The position numbers and the translations under genes are program-made. DNA of 64,000 bases, taken from NCBI GenBank assembly GCA_002737725.1, contig NSIP01000001.1:272921-336920 (forward strand). The letters run 5' to 3'. The notes under the pieces are model-generated. The model ran no database searches. It saw only the letters and a list, made by a program, of their open reading frames with translations, and was not told the DNA's origin. Shown in pieces: positions 19,443-29,486 of this stretch (positions are counted from its first letter, which is position 1; every line of letters begins with the position of its first letter). This stretch comes from Rhodospirillaceae bacterium. Its GTDB lineage: Bacteria; Pseudomonadota; Alphaproteobacteria; Rhodospirillales; Rhodospirillaceae.

Positions 19443-21185
19443 ATGCGTTACCATCTATGGATATATACCGCGCTAGCGGCGGCAACAGGCCTGAGTGGCT
19501 CATTCGCCTCGGCCCAAGACCTTGTCTTTCCTGAAGCGGCCACGGGCCGATATCAAAAATCGGGCGGTGAAGCCAAAAAATTTATGGTGGCCGCCGCAAA
19601 CCCTTTGGCCGTTAAGGCGGGCGTCGACATCCTCAAGGCGGGCGGCAGCGCAGCCGATGCAGCCGTGGCGGTGCAGACCGTCCTGAACATGGTCGAACCA
19701 CAATCATCGGGCATCGGTGGCGGCTCGTTTATTCTGTTCTGGGACAACAAAGCCAAAAAACTCACCACCTATGATGGCCGTGAAACTGCTCCGGCAGCGG
19801 CAACCGAGCGGCGCTTTTTAACCGCTGAAGGCAAATCCATGGACCGCACCACGGCTATCATTGGGGGGCACTCGGTTGGTGTGCCCGGCACGCTGCGCGT
19901 GTTGGAGTTGGCACAAAAGAAACATGGAAAGCTGACCTGGGCCAAATTGTTTAACCCCGCTATTAAAATTGCGACAGATGGCTTTGCGCTGTCACCGCGT
20001 GTGCATGAATTGATTGTGGGCGACCGCTCGCTTAATAAATTGGAACCTGCGAAGTCGTTCTTCTATCAAACGGATGGCACCGCCAAAGCTGTTGGCACCA
20101 TCATCAAAAACCCTGCCTTTGCTGCAACGCTTAAAACCATCGCGACCAAAGGGGCCGATGCATTTTATACCGGCCTCATTGCAGCCGACATTGTGCGCGC
20201 AGCAACAACAGCCGCCATCAACCCCAGTGATATCACGCTGGCTGATCTCAAGAGCTACAAGGCGATTGAACGCGCACCGATTTGTTTGCCCTATCGCGAT
20301 CGCAAGGTATGCGGCATGGCGCCACCCACGTCGGGCGGTGTGGGCGTCCTGCAAACGCTCGCGATGCTCGAGCCCTTTGATCTGGCGCAGATGGGCCCAG
20401 ACTCTGTGAAGTCTAAGCACGTATATATCGAGGCCAGTCGCCTGACCTTCGCTGATCGTGCCGTTTATATCGCCGACCCTGATCTGTTGCCCATTCCGAC
20501 AGCAGAACTGTTATCACCCGATTATTTAAAATCTCGCGCCCAATTGATTAAGCTCGATCAACGAATGACCACCGCCGAAGCTGGTCAGTTGCCCAAAAAA
20601 GCCGCACTCAACTGGTCGCCCGCCGCGAGCCCCGAAAAAGAGTCGACTAGCCATTTTTCCATCGTTGACGCTGATGGAAATGCGGTGGCCATGACCACGT
20701 CAATCGAGGGTGGCTTTGGCTCGCACGTCATGGTGGATGGATTTTTGCTCAATAATACGCTGACGGATTTTTCCTATTCCGACATTGCATCGGGTAAAAC
20801 GGTGGCCAACGCCGTTGGCCCCAACAAACGCCCGCGCAGTTCCATGGCACCAACGGTTGTGTTCGACAAAGATGGTAAACTGGAAATGGTTGTGGGTTCG
20901 CCGGGCGGCCCGGCTATCGTTGGCCTTGTCGCGCAAACACTCATCGGCATGATCGATTGGAACATGACGCCCCAAGATGCCATTGCCTCACCGCATGTGG
21001 TGGTGTTCGGCAACGCCGTGAATATTGAACCCGAGTTAGCCCTGATCAAAGCCGAGCTTGAAGCCTTGGGCCATCAGGTGCGTATTGGTGAATTACCATC
21101 AGGCATTCACGCCATCCGCATCACCGCCAATAGCTTACTGGGCGGTGCCGACCCAAGGCGCGAAGGCACAGTCGGCGGCGAATAA
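19443..21185 (+). CDS. ggt: Gamma-glutamyltransferase
   Basis: Start set at ATG 19443, giving a signal peptide MRYHLWIYTALAAATGLSGSFASA. Autoprocessing/catalytic site TSHFSIVDADGNAVAMTTSIE, plus GSPGGPAI. Confidence 0.93.
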   Translation: MRYHLWIYTALAAATGLSGSFASAQDLVFPEAATGRYQKSGGEAKKFMVAAANPLAVKAGVDILKAGGSAADAAVAVQTVLNMVEPQSSGIGGGSFILFWDNKAKKLTTYDGRETAPAAATERRFLTAEGKSMDRTTAIIGGHSVGVPGTLRVLELAQKKHGKLTWAKLFNPAIKIATDGFALSPRVHELIVGDRSLNKLEPAKSFFYQTDGTAKAVGTIIKNPAFAATLKTIATKGADAFYTGLIAADIVRAATTAAINPSDITLADLKSYKAIERAPICLPYRDRKVCGMAPPTSGGVGVLQTLAMLEPFDLAQMGPDSVKSKHVYIEASRLTFADRAVYIADPDLLPIPTAELLSPDYLKSRAQLIKLDQRMTTAEAGQLPKKAALNWSPAASPEKESTSHFSIVDADGNAVAMTTSIEGGFGSHVMVDGFLLNNTLTDFSYSDIASGKTVANAVGPNKRPRSSMAPTVVFDKDGKLEMVVGSPGGPAIVGLVAQTLIGMIDWNMTPQDAIASPHVVVFGNAVNIEPELALIKAELEALGHQVRIGELPSGIHAIRITANSLLGGADPRREGTVGGE

Positions 21186-21195
21186 TGATATCGGC

Positions 21196-21783
21196 TTATT
21201 TTTTAGCGTCGGGCTGGGCGATTTCGATCAAACGTCCGTCGGGGTCGTACACAAACATGCGTTGGCCCGCACTTGTGGTGCCGTCGGGTCGATTGACGGT
21301 AAACTTGTAGGGCGTGCGGTGGAAGCGCACATCGATTTGCTGCAGCCGGCTGTAGGTGGCCTGAATGTCTGCCACTTCCATCATAATAATCGCATCACCC
21401 GTGCCGATGCCCATTAAATTACCACGCGCACTGGCGAGCTTCGGTTTGTCATAACTTAGTAAACCGATCATGCCGATGCGCTCGTCGTTGCCTTTCATAA
21501 TAACGATACGACCAACTTTCGGATCTTCGGTCAGTGGCAAATCAGCCGCACCGATCACACCATCGGGTGAGTTCGAATCGCTGGCCGCATCGTACCATTT
21601 GGTCAGCCCCAGGCGTTGGTAGAAGTCCATGGACTTCTCGAGGTTATCAACCAGCAACGTGGTGCGTCTGACCGCCGTAGCCTGAAGTGCGGTCGAGCGC
21701 TCTTGTGCTGCCGCGCTCAGCGCCGATAACGCCATCACAATGGCGGCAACGCCACCAAGGCAACGAAGACTCAGACGCGTCAT
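21196..21783 (-). CDS. VOC (glyoxalase/bleomycin-resistance/dioxygenase) family protein with signal peptide
   Basis: Start set at ATG 21783 (MTRLSLRCLGGVAAIVMALSALSAAAQE). LLVDNLEKSMDFYQRLGL is typical of the VOC fold. Confidence 0.72.
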   Translation of the reverse strand: MTRLSLRCLGGVAAIVMALSALSAAAQERSTALQATAVRRTTLLVDNLEKSMDFYQRLGLTKWYDAASDSNSPDGVIGAADLPLTEDPKVGRIVIMKGNDERIGMIGLLSYDKPKLASARGNLMGIGTGDAIIMMEVADIQATYSRLQQIDVRFHRTPYKFTVNRPDGTTSAGQRMFVYDPDGRLIEIAQPDAKK

Positions 21784-21875
21784 GGGGGGGGGATCCTTGC
21801 GTTTCAAAATACCAACTTGCCACGGCCCACCACTCCAGGGAAAGTGCCGTTTATAGAACCTCAGAAGATATGCTC
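21784..21875 (-). repeat. Degenerate copy of intergenic repeat family 1
   Basis: In gene sense it reads TAA|GAGCATATCTTCTGAGG...CACTTTCCCTGGAGTGGTGGGCCGTGGCAAGTTGGTATTTTGAAACGC, immediately after the cupin gene stop. Confidence 0.35.
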
Positions 21876-22727
21876 TTAATAATTCGGTTCGTGGTTGGTT
21901 ACCGCTGCCATTTTTGTCCATGTGGCATACGGTTCGGGCAAAATGGGGGTGTACGGTGGGGTCCAATCAGGCCCATCGGTTGCAACCCATTCGGTAGCAA
22001 ACGGCCCGCCCTTGCAACGGCACAAATGGAGCGCGCCGCCCCAAGTTGCAAAGGGGCCATGTTGTATGCCCGGTGGTCGCCAAAAATATCCGCCGTCGCG
22101 CATTACACCCAACGGAAAACAGATGTCGCCCAAAATCGCGAATTCTTCCTCGGCTACCGGGTGAACTTCGGCTTTGTTCGACCACCAATAGGGCATCATG
22201 CCGATCAGCCATGTGCGCTCGCCGGTGACGGGGTCGACATAAAGAGTTTTATGAACTGTTCCGCTGGGGTCCCAATCGCCACTTTTCATATGTTTGCGTT
22301 GGCCAGTGGTGCCTAGCATGGCGCGCGTGTCCAAACGCTCGACAACGCGCCGCCGATCCCACTCTGGATTTTGTATGACGTGTGCTACCGGCAGGCCGGA
22401 GAAAAACGTGAGCACCACTGCGCCACTGAAACTCGACATATTTTTGCGCCCGTAACCTTGTGGCAAGTGGCCATAAAAATGTTTGCCGTAAATGTGGTCG
22501 TTGATTGTTAAAGACCCATCAAGAACAAAGATTTCCTCATCGACTTCCAGCGCAAAGTGCTGGCTCTCGTGCCATCCCGCCGGATAACGCAGCACCGTGC
22601 TGGCCGCACCAGTCTCGTCATCACGACTTAAGGTTCGGCAGAAAATGTCGGGTCGGGCTCCACCAGGAAGGCCAAGCTCGAACGGAATAACTTGTGATTG
22701 AACAAATTCGATATGAGGTCGTGTCAT
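21876..22727 (-). CDS. Cupin-fold protein of unknown function (two cupin-like halves)
   Basis: Start at ATG 22727 behind GGAGGG. Beta-rich sequence with cupin-like segments (EIFVLDGSLTIND; HPVAEEEFAILGD). No precise family is recognised. Confidence 0.6.
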   Translation of the reverse strand: MTRPHIEFVQSQVIPFELGLPGGARPDIFCRTLSRDDETGAASTVLRYPAGWHESQHFALEVDEEIFVLDGSLTINDHIYGKHFYGHLPQGYGRKNMSSFSGAVVLTFFSGLPVAHVIQNPEWDRRRVVERLDTRAMLGTTGQRKHMKSGDWDPSGTVHKTLYVDPVTGERTWLIGMMPYWWSNKAEVHPVAEEEFAILGDICFPLGVMRDGGYFWRPPGIQHGPFATWGGALHLCRCKGGPFATEWVATDGPDWTPPYTPILPEPYATWTKMAAVTNHEPNY

Positions 22728-22933
22728 ATTCCCTCCAAAGTGCCACCTTGCCACATTGGCGCGGCAGAAAAGCGAATGAAACGCCAAGTCTTGTCGGTTT
22801 TGTGTCCAATAGTTGTCCGCGGCTGCGAAATAGGGCCCGACGCCCCTGAGTGCCGCCTCTCGTCCTGTTAATGATGGTCCAAGACCCGGATCAAGCGGGC
22901 CAAGTCTCTTCTGTATGGCAGATTTTTACTCCA

Positions 22934-23908
22934 ATGACCTCCGATCGTGATCGTTTGTGGCTTTCGCCTTTTGTTGGGCCGACCTTCTGGTCGAGATCGA
23001 CCAAAGCCGTAAGGTGCTGTTCGCCGTAGGGGCGACAAAGTCCTATTTTGGGGTTTGGTGCTGAAAAGCTACTGGGCCAGAATTTTATGGACTTGGTCTT
23101 GCCCAAAGATCGCGTCCTGCTCGATCAACTGCTAGAAGTCACTGCGCGCAAAGGCCGGATCGATGGGTTGAGTGCACGATTGGTCGGCGATAAAGGCGTC
23201 ACAGTCCCGCTGAATTTGACCGGCTATATGCTGCCCGATCTGAAGGATCATTTTTTCATCGCCATGAGGCTTTCGATCCGCCTCGATGCCAAGGGCATCA
23301 TCGAAGGAAAACCCCGAGACAAGAACACCGGGCCGATGTCAGATGACTTATTCACTGAGATGGCGGCTAAGAAACTGAAAAATTCTGGGGCAGTTGAAAA
23401 CGCGACAGAGATTACGCTCTTCAATCTCCCGAATTTTCAAAGCTTCGCCGACTCGCTGCCCGATGCTGATACCTGGTTGCGCAACTTCCTGGCGTTCGAG
23501 ATTACAGAATCAGCGTGCGTGCCTGATTTGAAAAAAGCCAACATCTTTGTACAAAGCCTGCACTCACGCGGTTTCTATGAGCGCCTCGATGACTTCGGTA
23601 CGGCTGCGGCCAGCTTCCAATACCTGAGCGTGCTCGAAGTCGACGTGGTGAAGCTCGATGGCAGTGCTGTCAAAAATGCCCAAAGCGCACTCAAGGGCCG
23701 CGCGTTCTTGAAGGCGCTGATGATGCCGTGCAAAACCATGGAAGTAGAAACTATCGCCGAGATGGTCGACAGCAAAGAAACGCTGGAATTTGTTCGCGGT
23801 TGTGGCGTCGAGTACGTCCAAGGCTTCTTGTTCGGCAACCCCGACCTTGACCCCTGGCAGTTCATCAAAAAACTTGATCGCCGTTTGTTTGCCGATACTA
23901 AACGGTAA
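22934..23908 (+). pseudogene. PAS-like / degenerate EAL-domain protein, apparently frameshifted near its 5' end
   Basis: EAL-type motifs lie in the 23048-23908 frame (FEITES, DDFGTAAASFQYL, VKLDG, YVQGFLFG). The PAS-like N-terminus FAFCWADLLVEIDQSRKVLFAVGATKSYFG is in frame 1 and joins GFGAEKLLGQNFMDLV only across the T4G4 run at 23046-23053. Confidence 0.55.
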
Positions 23909-23967
23909 AGAACTTTCCCCGAGAAGTAGTCTTCCACTTGGCGTGGAAAAGGCGAGCAAACAAAGAC
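23909..23967 (+). repeat. Intergenic repeat, family 1
   Basis: AGAACTTTCCCCGAGAAGTAGTCTTCCACTTGGCGTGGAAAAGGCGAGCAAACAAAGAC fills the whole spacer between the EAL stop and the convergent sufE stop. Confidence 0.75.
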
Positions 23968-24429
23968 TCATTTTTTCGCAGCGTATTTTCTGATTTTCTG
24001 CACCATCGCCACCAAGCCGTTGCGTCGGCTGGGTGCTAAATGCTGTTCGAAGCCGAGTTCGCGTAAGGCCGCTTCCGGGTCGATCTGGGCCACGTCGAGC
24101 TGCTTCTGACCCGAGAACAAAATACCCAGCACCGCAATCAGTCCTTTGACGATGACGCTGTCACTATCAGCGGCAAAGCTAAACTTTGACGGATCGTCCT
24201 TGGCGTGACCGGGGACCAGCCACACTTGGCTCATGCAGCCGCGCACTTTGTGGGCCTCGGTTTGGAGGGCGGCGGGAAAAAGTGGTAGTTTGCGACCCAA
24301 GTCGATAATATACTCGTAACGATCTTCCCAATCGTCAAACAGTTCGAAGTTCTCTTTCAGCTCCGCAAAGGTCATCTGAGGGACAATCATGACCGGTTGA
24401 TCTGGGGCAGTGGGCGAGGGTAATGACAT
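23968..24429 (-). CDS. sufE: SufE-family cysteine desulfuration (sulfur acceptor) protein
   Basis: 153 aa with FELFDDWEDRYEYIIDLGRKLP and KVRGCMSQVWL (the conserved Cys). Confidence 0.88.
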   Translation of the reverse strand: MSLPSPTAPDQPVMIVPQMTFAELKENFELFDDWEDRYEYIIDLGRKLPLFPAALQTEAHKVRGCMSQVWLVPGHAKDDPSKFSFAADSDSVIVKGLIAVLGILFSGQKQLDVAQIDPEAALRELGFEQHLAPSRRNGLVAMVQKIRKYAAKK

Positions 24430-24513
24430 AGGGCGTTGGATGGACCTGGGTTGCAGCTTAAGCTAAGGGTTCATCATATCCGAGCAAGAGCCTAAAAACA
24501 AAAAACCTGACCC

Positions 24514-24951
24514 GTGCCCGACTCTCACCTTCAGATCACACCGGCGATTTATCTCGATCCCTCCGAGATTGAAATGACTTTTATACGCTCGGGCGGGCCT
24601 GGGGGGCAGAACGTCAACAAAGTCTCGACCGCCGCCCAGCTTCGTTTTTCCGCTGCTACGTCGCCCTCATTGCCTGCCGCTGTGCGTAACCGGGTTCTGG
24701 TGCTGGCAGGCAAACGGGCGACGAAGGACGGCGTCATTGTGTTTACGGCGCACGAGCACCGCAGCCAAGAGCGTAATCGAGACGAGGCCATTGCCCGCTT
24801 GGTTGATCTCATTCAGCGTGCGGCGATTGTGCCCAAACGCCGCGTTCCTACCCGCGCGACCCGTGGCTCGAAAGAGCGCCGCTTGGTGAAGAAAAAGCAA
24901 CGCGGTGGTGTGAAGTCAACGCGCCGTGTCACGCCTTGGGATGATGATTGA
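24514..24951 (+). CDS. arfB: Alternative ribosome-rescue factor ArfB (peptidyl-tRNA hydrolase, class I RF-like)
   Basis: GTG start, a GGQ motif ([15 protein letters not shown]), and a basic C-terminal tail ([19 protein letters not shown]). Confidence 0.9.
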   Translation: MPDSHLQITPAIYLDPSEIEMTFIRSGGPGGQNVNKVSTAAQLRFSAATSPSLPAAVRNRVLVLAGKRATKDGVIVFTAHEHRSQERNRDEAIARLVDLIQRAAIVPKRRVPTRATRGSKERRLVKKKQRGGVKSTRRVTPWDDD

Positions 24952-24953
24952 AG

Positions 24954-26756
24954 TTATTGCGCGGCTTGAGGGATGTCTTTGATCGCGCGCGGCCCGGGGT
25001 CGGCTGAGAACTGCAAGGCGGCCAAACGGGCATACAGCGGGTTTGAGATCAGAAGCTGATTGTGGCTTCCGGTATCAATCAATCGCCCATCATCAATCAC
25101 GGCGATACGGTCAGCTCGCACCACAGTGGCTAACCGATGCGCAATCACCATGGTAGTGCGGCCCACCATCAGCTGCTCCAGCGCCTTTTGCACCAAGCGT
25201 TCGTTCTCGGCGTCCAGCGCGCTTGTTGCTTCGTCGAGTAACAACACGGCGGGGTCACGCAAGATCGCACGTGCAATAGCGATGCGTTGCTTTTGGCCGC
25301 CCGACAAGCGCACGCCTTTCTCGCCCAAAAAGCTCGTCATGCCCTCGGGCAACTTGGTGATGAACTCCATCGCCTGGGCGGCTTCGGCAGCCGCGCGGAC
25401 ATCGGCGTCTGATGCATCAGGTCGGCTATAGCGAATGTTTTCAAGCGCGCTGGTTCCAAAGATCACCGGATCTTGCGGAACAAGCCCAATGCGCCTGCGG
25501 GCATCGCGTGGGTCAACCTCTTTCAGGTTCATCCCGTCGATGCGCACAATCCCCGACTGCGGATCGTAAAAGCGTAGCAGCAACTGAAATACCGTGCTTT
25601 TGCCCGCACCCGATGGGCCCACCAGAGCCACATGTTCGCCGGGTTTCACCCTCAAGGATAACCTATTCAAAGCAGCGGTATCGGGCCGGGATGGATAGTT
25701 GAAGGTCACATTTTCAAATGAAACTTCGCCGCGCGCAGGGCTTGGCATCGCTTTGGGGGCTGCGGGGGGTTTGATTGCGGGCTCGGTTTCAAGCAATTCG
25801 ACCAAGCGTTCTGTTGCACCCGCCGCGCGTTGCAAATCGCCCAACACTTCACTCAGCGAACCCACACCACCGGCTACAGTAACGGCGTAAAAAATAAACG
25901 CCGACAAATCACCGGGTGTAATGCTGCCCTCAATCACGCTGCGTCCGCCAGCCCATAGCACCACAGCGATAGCGCCGAACACCAGCAGAATGACAACCGA
26001 GCCCAACATGCCGCGCGCAAAAATACGGCGCATGGCGACTAAAAACGCATTCTCGACTTCGGTACCGAAGCGCGACTTGTCGTAGTCTTCATGGGTGAAG
26101 GCTTGCACCGTACGAATGGCGTTCAAGGTTTCTTCCCCGTACGAGCCCACATCAGCGACGCGATCTTGGCTTTCCCGCGAGAGCGTGCGCACGCGCCGCC
26201 CATACCAAATGATGGGCACAATGACAGCGGGCACAACCAACAGCACCAATCCGGTCAGTTGAAAGTTGGTGACGATCATCATGGTCACGCCGCCAACAAC
26301 ACTCAGCATATTTCGTAAGGCAATCGACAGCGATGATCCCACTACGGTTTGCAATAACGTGGTGTCAGACGTCAGGCGCGAAAGGATTTCGCCGGTTTTC
26401 GTGACTTCATAAAACCCAGGGCTTTGTTTGATCACTTGGTCAAACACCGCGCGGCGCACATCGGCAACCACGCGCTCGCCCACCCACGAAATATAATAAA
26501 ATCGGAAATAGGTGCCGCCCGAGATCGCCAGAATGATCGCAACCAAGACTAGGAACCCGAGGTTGAGAAATTCTTGATCACCCGCGCTTAAGCCTCTATC
26601 AATCAGGAACTTCAGGCCCACGCCAATGCTAAGCGTTGCCGCTGAGGTGAGAATCAACGCAAGACCTGCCGTAATCAGCTTCAATGTATATGGCTTCATA
26701 AAGCCCCAGGTGCGACGCAAATAGGCGTAATTTTTGCTGCGCGGGCGCTCTGGCAT
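24954..26756 (-). CDS. ABC exporter, fused permease/ATPase half-transporter (MsbA/ABCB-like)
   Basis: Six-TM N-terminal domain, Walker A GPSGAGKST, signature LSGGQKQR, Walker B LLLDEATSALD. Start is likely ATG 26756 (the track ORF starts at 26819). Confidence 0.9.
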   Translation of the reverse strand: MPERPRSKNYAYLRRTWGFMKPYTLKLITAGLALILTSAATLSIGVGLKFLIDRGLSAGDQEFLNLGFLVLVAIILAISGGTYFRFYYISWVGERVVADVRRAVFDQVIKQSPGFYEVTKTGEILSRLTSDTTLLQTVVGSSLSIALRNMLSVVGGVTMMIVTNFQLTGLVLLVVPAVIVPIIWYGRRVRTLSRESQDRVADVGSYGEETLNAIRTVQAFTHEDYDKSRFGTEVENAFLVAMRRIFARGMLGSVVILLVFGAIAVVLWAGGRSVIEGSITPGDLSAFIFYAVTVAGGVGSLSEVLGDLQRAAGATERLVELLETEPAIKPPAAPKAMPSPARGEVSFENVTFNYPSRPDTAALNRLSLRVKPGEHVALVGPSGAGKSTVFQLLLRFYDPQSGIVRIDGMNLKEVDPRDARRRIGLVPQDPVIFGTSALENIRYSRPDASDADVRAAAEAAQAMEFITKLPEGMTSFLGEKGVRLSGGQKQRIAIARAILRDPAVLLLDEATSALDAENERLVQKALEQLMVGRTTMVIAHRLATVVRADRIAVIDDGRLIDTGSHNQLLISNPLYARLAALQFSADPGPRAIKDIPQAAQ

Positions 26757-26979
26757 ATTCCAACGAGTTGGGCCGCCGGCGCGCCCGCCATGAGGATGAT
26801 CGCTCACTGTTCGCCCCAATATTTTGGGCCTGTTCAGGCCCGTGTCAAAAATCGAATTCCTCTAGATAGCTAAGGTGTCCGCCCGGGTTTGTCACCCCCT
26901 ACAACAATCAAGAACCCATATAAATCAACACAAATACCGCAGATTTGTCCGCGATACCCCAACCTCGTATTCTTTCGCC

Positions 26980-28266
26980 ATGGCTATCAGCCCATCGCCT
27001 ACCTCAGTTGTTTCGCTCTGCCGCGATTGTTTGGCCGAATTCGAGCGCGCGCAGCGCACATGCACCATCTGCGGCTCAGATCGCATGGTCTCGCATCCTG
27101 AATTGGGTGAACTCACCACCGCCCATATTGATTGCGACGCGTTTTATGCGGCGATTGAAAAGCGCGACAACCCAGAGCTCATCGACAGGCCCGTGCTCAT
27201 CGGCGGGGGCAAGCGCGGTGTAGTCTCAACCGCATGTTATGTCGCGCGCAAATATGGCCCGCGCTCGGCCATGCCGATGTATAAAGCCTTGCAGATGTGC
27301 CCCCAGGCGGTGGTCATCCGGCCCAACATGGCCAAGTACGTCGAGGCTAGTCGCCAGGTGCGGGCCATTTTTGATTCCGTCACACCGATTGTCGAACCCC
27401 TCTCGCTGGATGAGGCCTTTCTCGATGTGTCAGGGACAACGACGCTGTTCAAACGTAGCGCTGCTGCAACGCTGGCTTTTGTGGCGCGCGAGGTGGAACG
27501 GCAAGTACGGATAAGCGTGTCGATTGGGCTTAGCTACAATAAATTCCTCGCCAAAATCGCCTCCGATCTTGATAAGCCGCGCGGCTTTGCGGTTATCGGC
27601 CAGCGCGATGCCATCTCGCAACTGCACGACATGCCGATCACGAAAATTCCTGGCGTTGGTCCATCGCTGGCAGATCGGTTGAAGGTCGATGGCTTTTTTT
27701 CCATCGGCGACCTTCAGGCCAAGTCTGAGGAAGACCTGACGCAACGTTACGGCGACACGGGCGCGCAACTGGCGCGACGCGCGCGTGGGCATGATACGCG
27801 ACGCATTAATACTGAACGCGAATCCAAAAGCGTTTCGGCGGAAACCACATTTGAGAACGACATCTCAGATGTTGCGGAGTTGCGCCGATTGTTGTGGCTT
27901 CAGACCGAACGCGTCTCTGAGCGCTTAAAGAAAAATGGACTGGCCGGGCAATCCATTGCCTTAAAACTTAAAACCGCACGCTTTAAACTGGTGTCACGTC
28001 ATCGTCGTTTGCAGGCCCCAACCCAATTAGCCGAGACGATTTTTCGAGCAGCCGAGGCGCTGTTGATCACAGAGGTCAAGGGCGTGTCATATCGGCTGAT
28101 TGGTGTGGGGGTTGAGGGCCTGTGCGACGCGGAGCTAGCTGACCATCCCGATTTGTTTTCCGACGCCCCCAAACATGCCGCCGGCGTTGAAAAGGCCATG
28201 GACGCGGTGAGGGCGAGGTTTGGGCGCAAGGCCATCGGCAAAGGCCGCGCAGCGCGCACCAAGTAA
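26980..28266 (+). CDS. dinB: DNA polymerase IV (Y-family) with N-terminal Cys4 extension
   Basis: IDCDAFYAAIEKRDNPEL, SLDEAFLDV and KFLAKIASDLDKP motifs. The N-terminal CRDC-x11-CTIC zinc-ribbon-like segment is recalled as common in alphaproteobacterial DinB. Start set at ATG 26980. Confidence 0.92.
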   Translation: MAISPSPTSVVSLCRDCLAEFERAQRTCTICGSDRMVSHPELGELTTAHIDCDAFYAAIEKRDNPELIDRPVLIGGGKRGVVSTACYVARKYGPRSAMPMYKALQMCPQAVVIRPNMAKYVEASRQVRAIFDSVTPIVEPLSLDEAFLDVSGTTTLFKRSAAATLAFVAREVERQVRISVSIGLSYNKFLAKIASDLDKPRGFAVIGQRDAISQLHDMPITKIPGVGPSLADRLKVDGFFSIGDLQAKSEEDLTQRYGDTGAQLARRARGHDTRRINTERESKSVSAETTFENDISDVAELRRLLWLQTERVSERLKKNGLAGQSIALKLKTARFKLVSRHRRLQAPTQLAETIFRAAEALLITEVKGVSYRLIGVGVEGLCDAELADHPDLFSDAPKHAAGVEKAMDAVRARFGRKAIGKGRAARTK

Positions 28267-28370
28267 ATTCAGCCTCATATTAGCTTCACCCTTTTTTGCA
28301 CAGTTGCCGTAACCCTCTGCCCCCTTTACATAAGCCGCATGTCAATTTGCCCCGCCGGAGATGCCTGCTC

Positions 28371-29000
28371 ATGGATATGAAAGGCGAGTATCGAATCCCT
28401 GCACCGCGCGCGGCGGTGTGGGCGGCGTTGAATGATGTTGATGTGCTGAAGGCTGCCATCCCCGGCTGCGATAGCATCAATCGTCTCTCAGACACTGAAA
28501 TTGAAGCCACTGTCACGGCCAAGATCGGCCCGGTGAAAGCCTCATTCAAAGGCTTGGTGACGCTGTCTGATATTGATCCCCCCAATGGCTACACTATTCG
28601 CGGCGAAGGCAAGGGCGGTCCGGCTGGGTTTGCGAAGGGCGGCGCGAAGGTGCGACTGGTGGATGTAGGCTCTGAGACGATCCTCAGCTACAAAGTGGAT
28701 GCCTCGGTCGGCGGCAAAATTGCCCAAATCGGTGCGCGATTGATCGACTCCACGGCAAAAAAACTCGCCGATGAATTTTTTGCAAAGTTTAGTGCGCTGG
28801 CTGCTGCCAAAGCATCTGATCACAAGGCTTCCGCGTCCGATGCGCAACCGAAGGCTCACGCTAGTCTTGAAACCAGCATGACTCAAAACCAGGCTTCGGC
28901 TACGGTCACGCCCATTCTTGGCAAGAACACTTGGATCATCGGCGCGCTGGTGGTTGTTGTGATCGTGATCGTAGCTGTGGTTTATATTTTTGGATACTAA
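28371..29000 (+). CDS. CoxG-like SRPBCC protein with C-terminal TM anchor
   Basis: [27 protein letters not shown] ... [13 protein letters not shown] is typical of CoxG. The C-terminus [21 protein letters not shown] is hydrophobic. Confidence 0.8.
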   Translation: MDMKGEYRIPAPRAAVWAALNDVDVLKAAIPGCDSINRLSDTEIEATVTAKIGPVKASFKGLVTLSDIDPPNGYTIRGEGKGGPAGFAKGGAKVRLVDVGSETILSYKVDASVGGKIAQIGARLIDSTAKKLADEFFAKFSALAAAKASDHKASASDAQPKAHASLETSMTQNQASATVTPILGKNTWIIGALVVVVIVIVAVVYIFGY

Positions 29001-29001
29001 A

Positions 29002-29484
29002 ATGATAAAAATTTCGCTTTCGGTGAACGGCACGGAACGCAGCGGCGACGTTGAGCCACGCACACTTTTGGTCGATTTCTTGCGCACTCAACTGGGTCTG
29101 ACGGGTACGCACGTGGGCTGCGACACTAGCCAGTGTGGGGCCTGCACGATTCACCTCAATGGCAAGCCGGTCAAATCGTGCACCATGTTGGCTGTTCAAG
29201 CTGACGGGCAAAATGTCAAAACGATTGAGGGTGTGGCGGTTGGCGACGAGATGCACCCCATGCAAGCTGCGTTCAAAGAATGTCATGGGCTGCAATGCGG
29301 GTTCTGCACCCCCGGCATGGTGATGAGCGCGCTGGGCATCATCGAGCGCCATAAGGGCGATCACCTCAATGAGGCCATGGTGCGTCATGAACTGGAGGGT
29401 AACCTCTGCCGGTGCACCGGCTATCAAGGCATCGTCAACGCCATCTTGATGGGTGCCAAAAACATGGGCGTAAAGGTGATATAG
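29002..29484 (+). CDS. (2Fe-2S)-binding small subunit of a molybdopterin hydroxylase (CoxS-like)
   Basis: Two 2Fe-2S Cys clusters: [11 protein letters not shown] and CGFCTPG ... CRCTGY. Confidence 0.92.
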   Translation: MIKISLSVNGTERSGDVEPRTLLVDFLRTQLGLTGTHVGCDTSQCGACTIHLNGKPVKSCTMLAVQADGQNVKTIEGVAVGDEMHPMQAAFKECHGLQCGFCTPGMVMSALGIIERHKGDHLNEAMVRHELEGNLCRCTGYQGIVNAILMGAKNMGVKVI

Positions 29485-29486
29485 CC

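Noticed and set aside
26820-26979. An alphaproteobacterial SOS box (GTTC-N7-GTTC or GAAC-N7-GAAC) upstream of dinB.
   Set aside because: The best candidates, GTTCAGGCCCGTGTC and GAACCCATATAAATC, each have two mismatches in the second half-site. That is not enough to call a LexA site.
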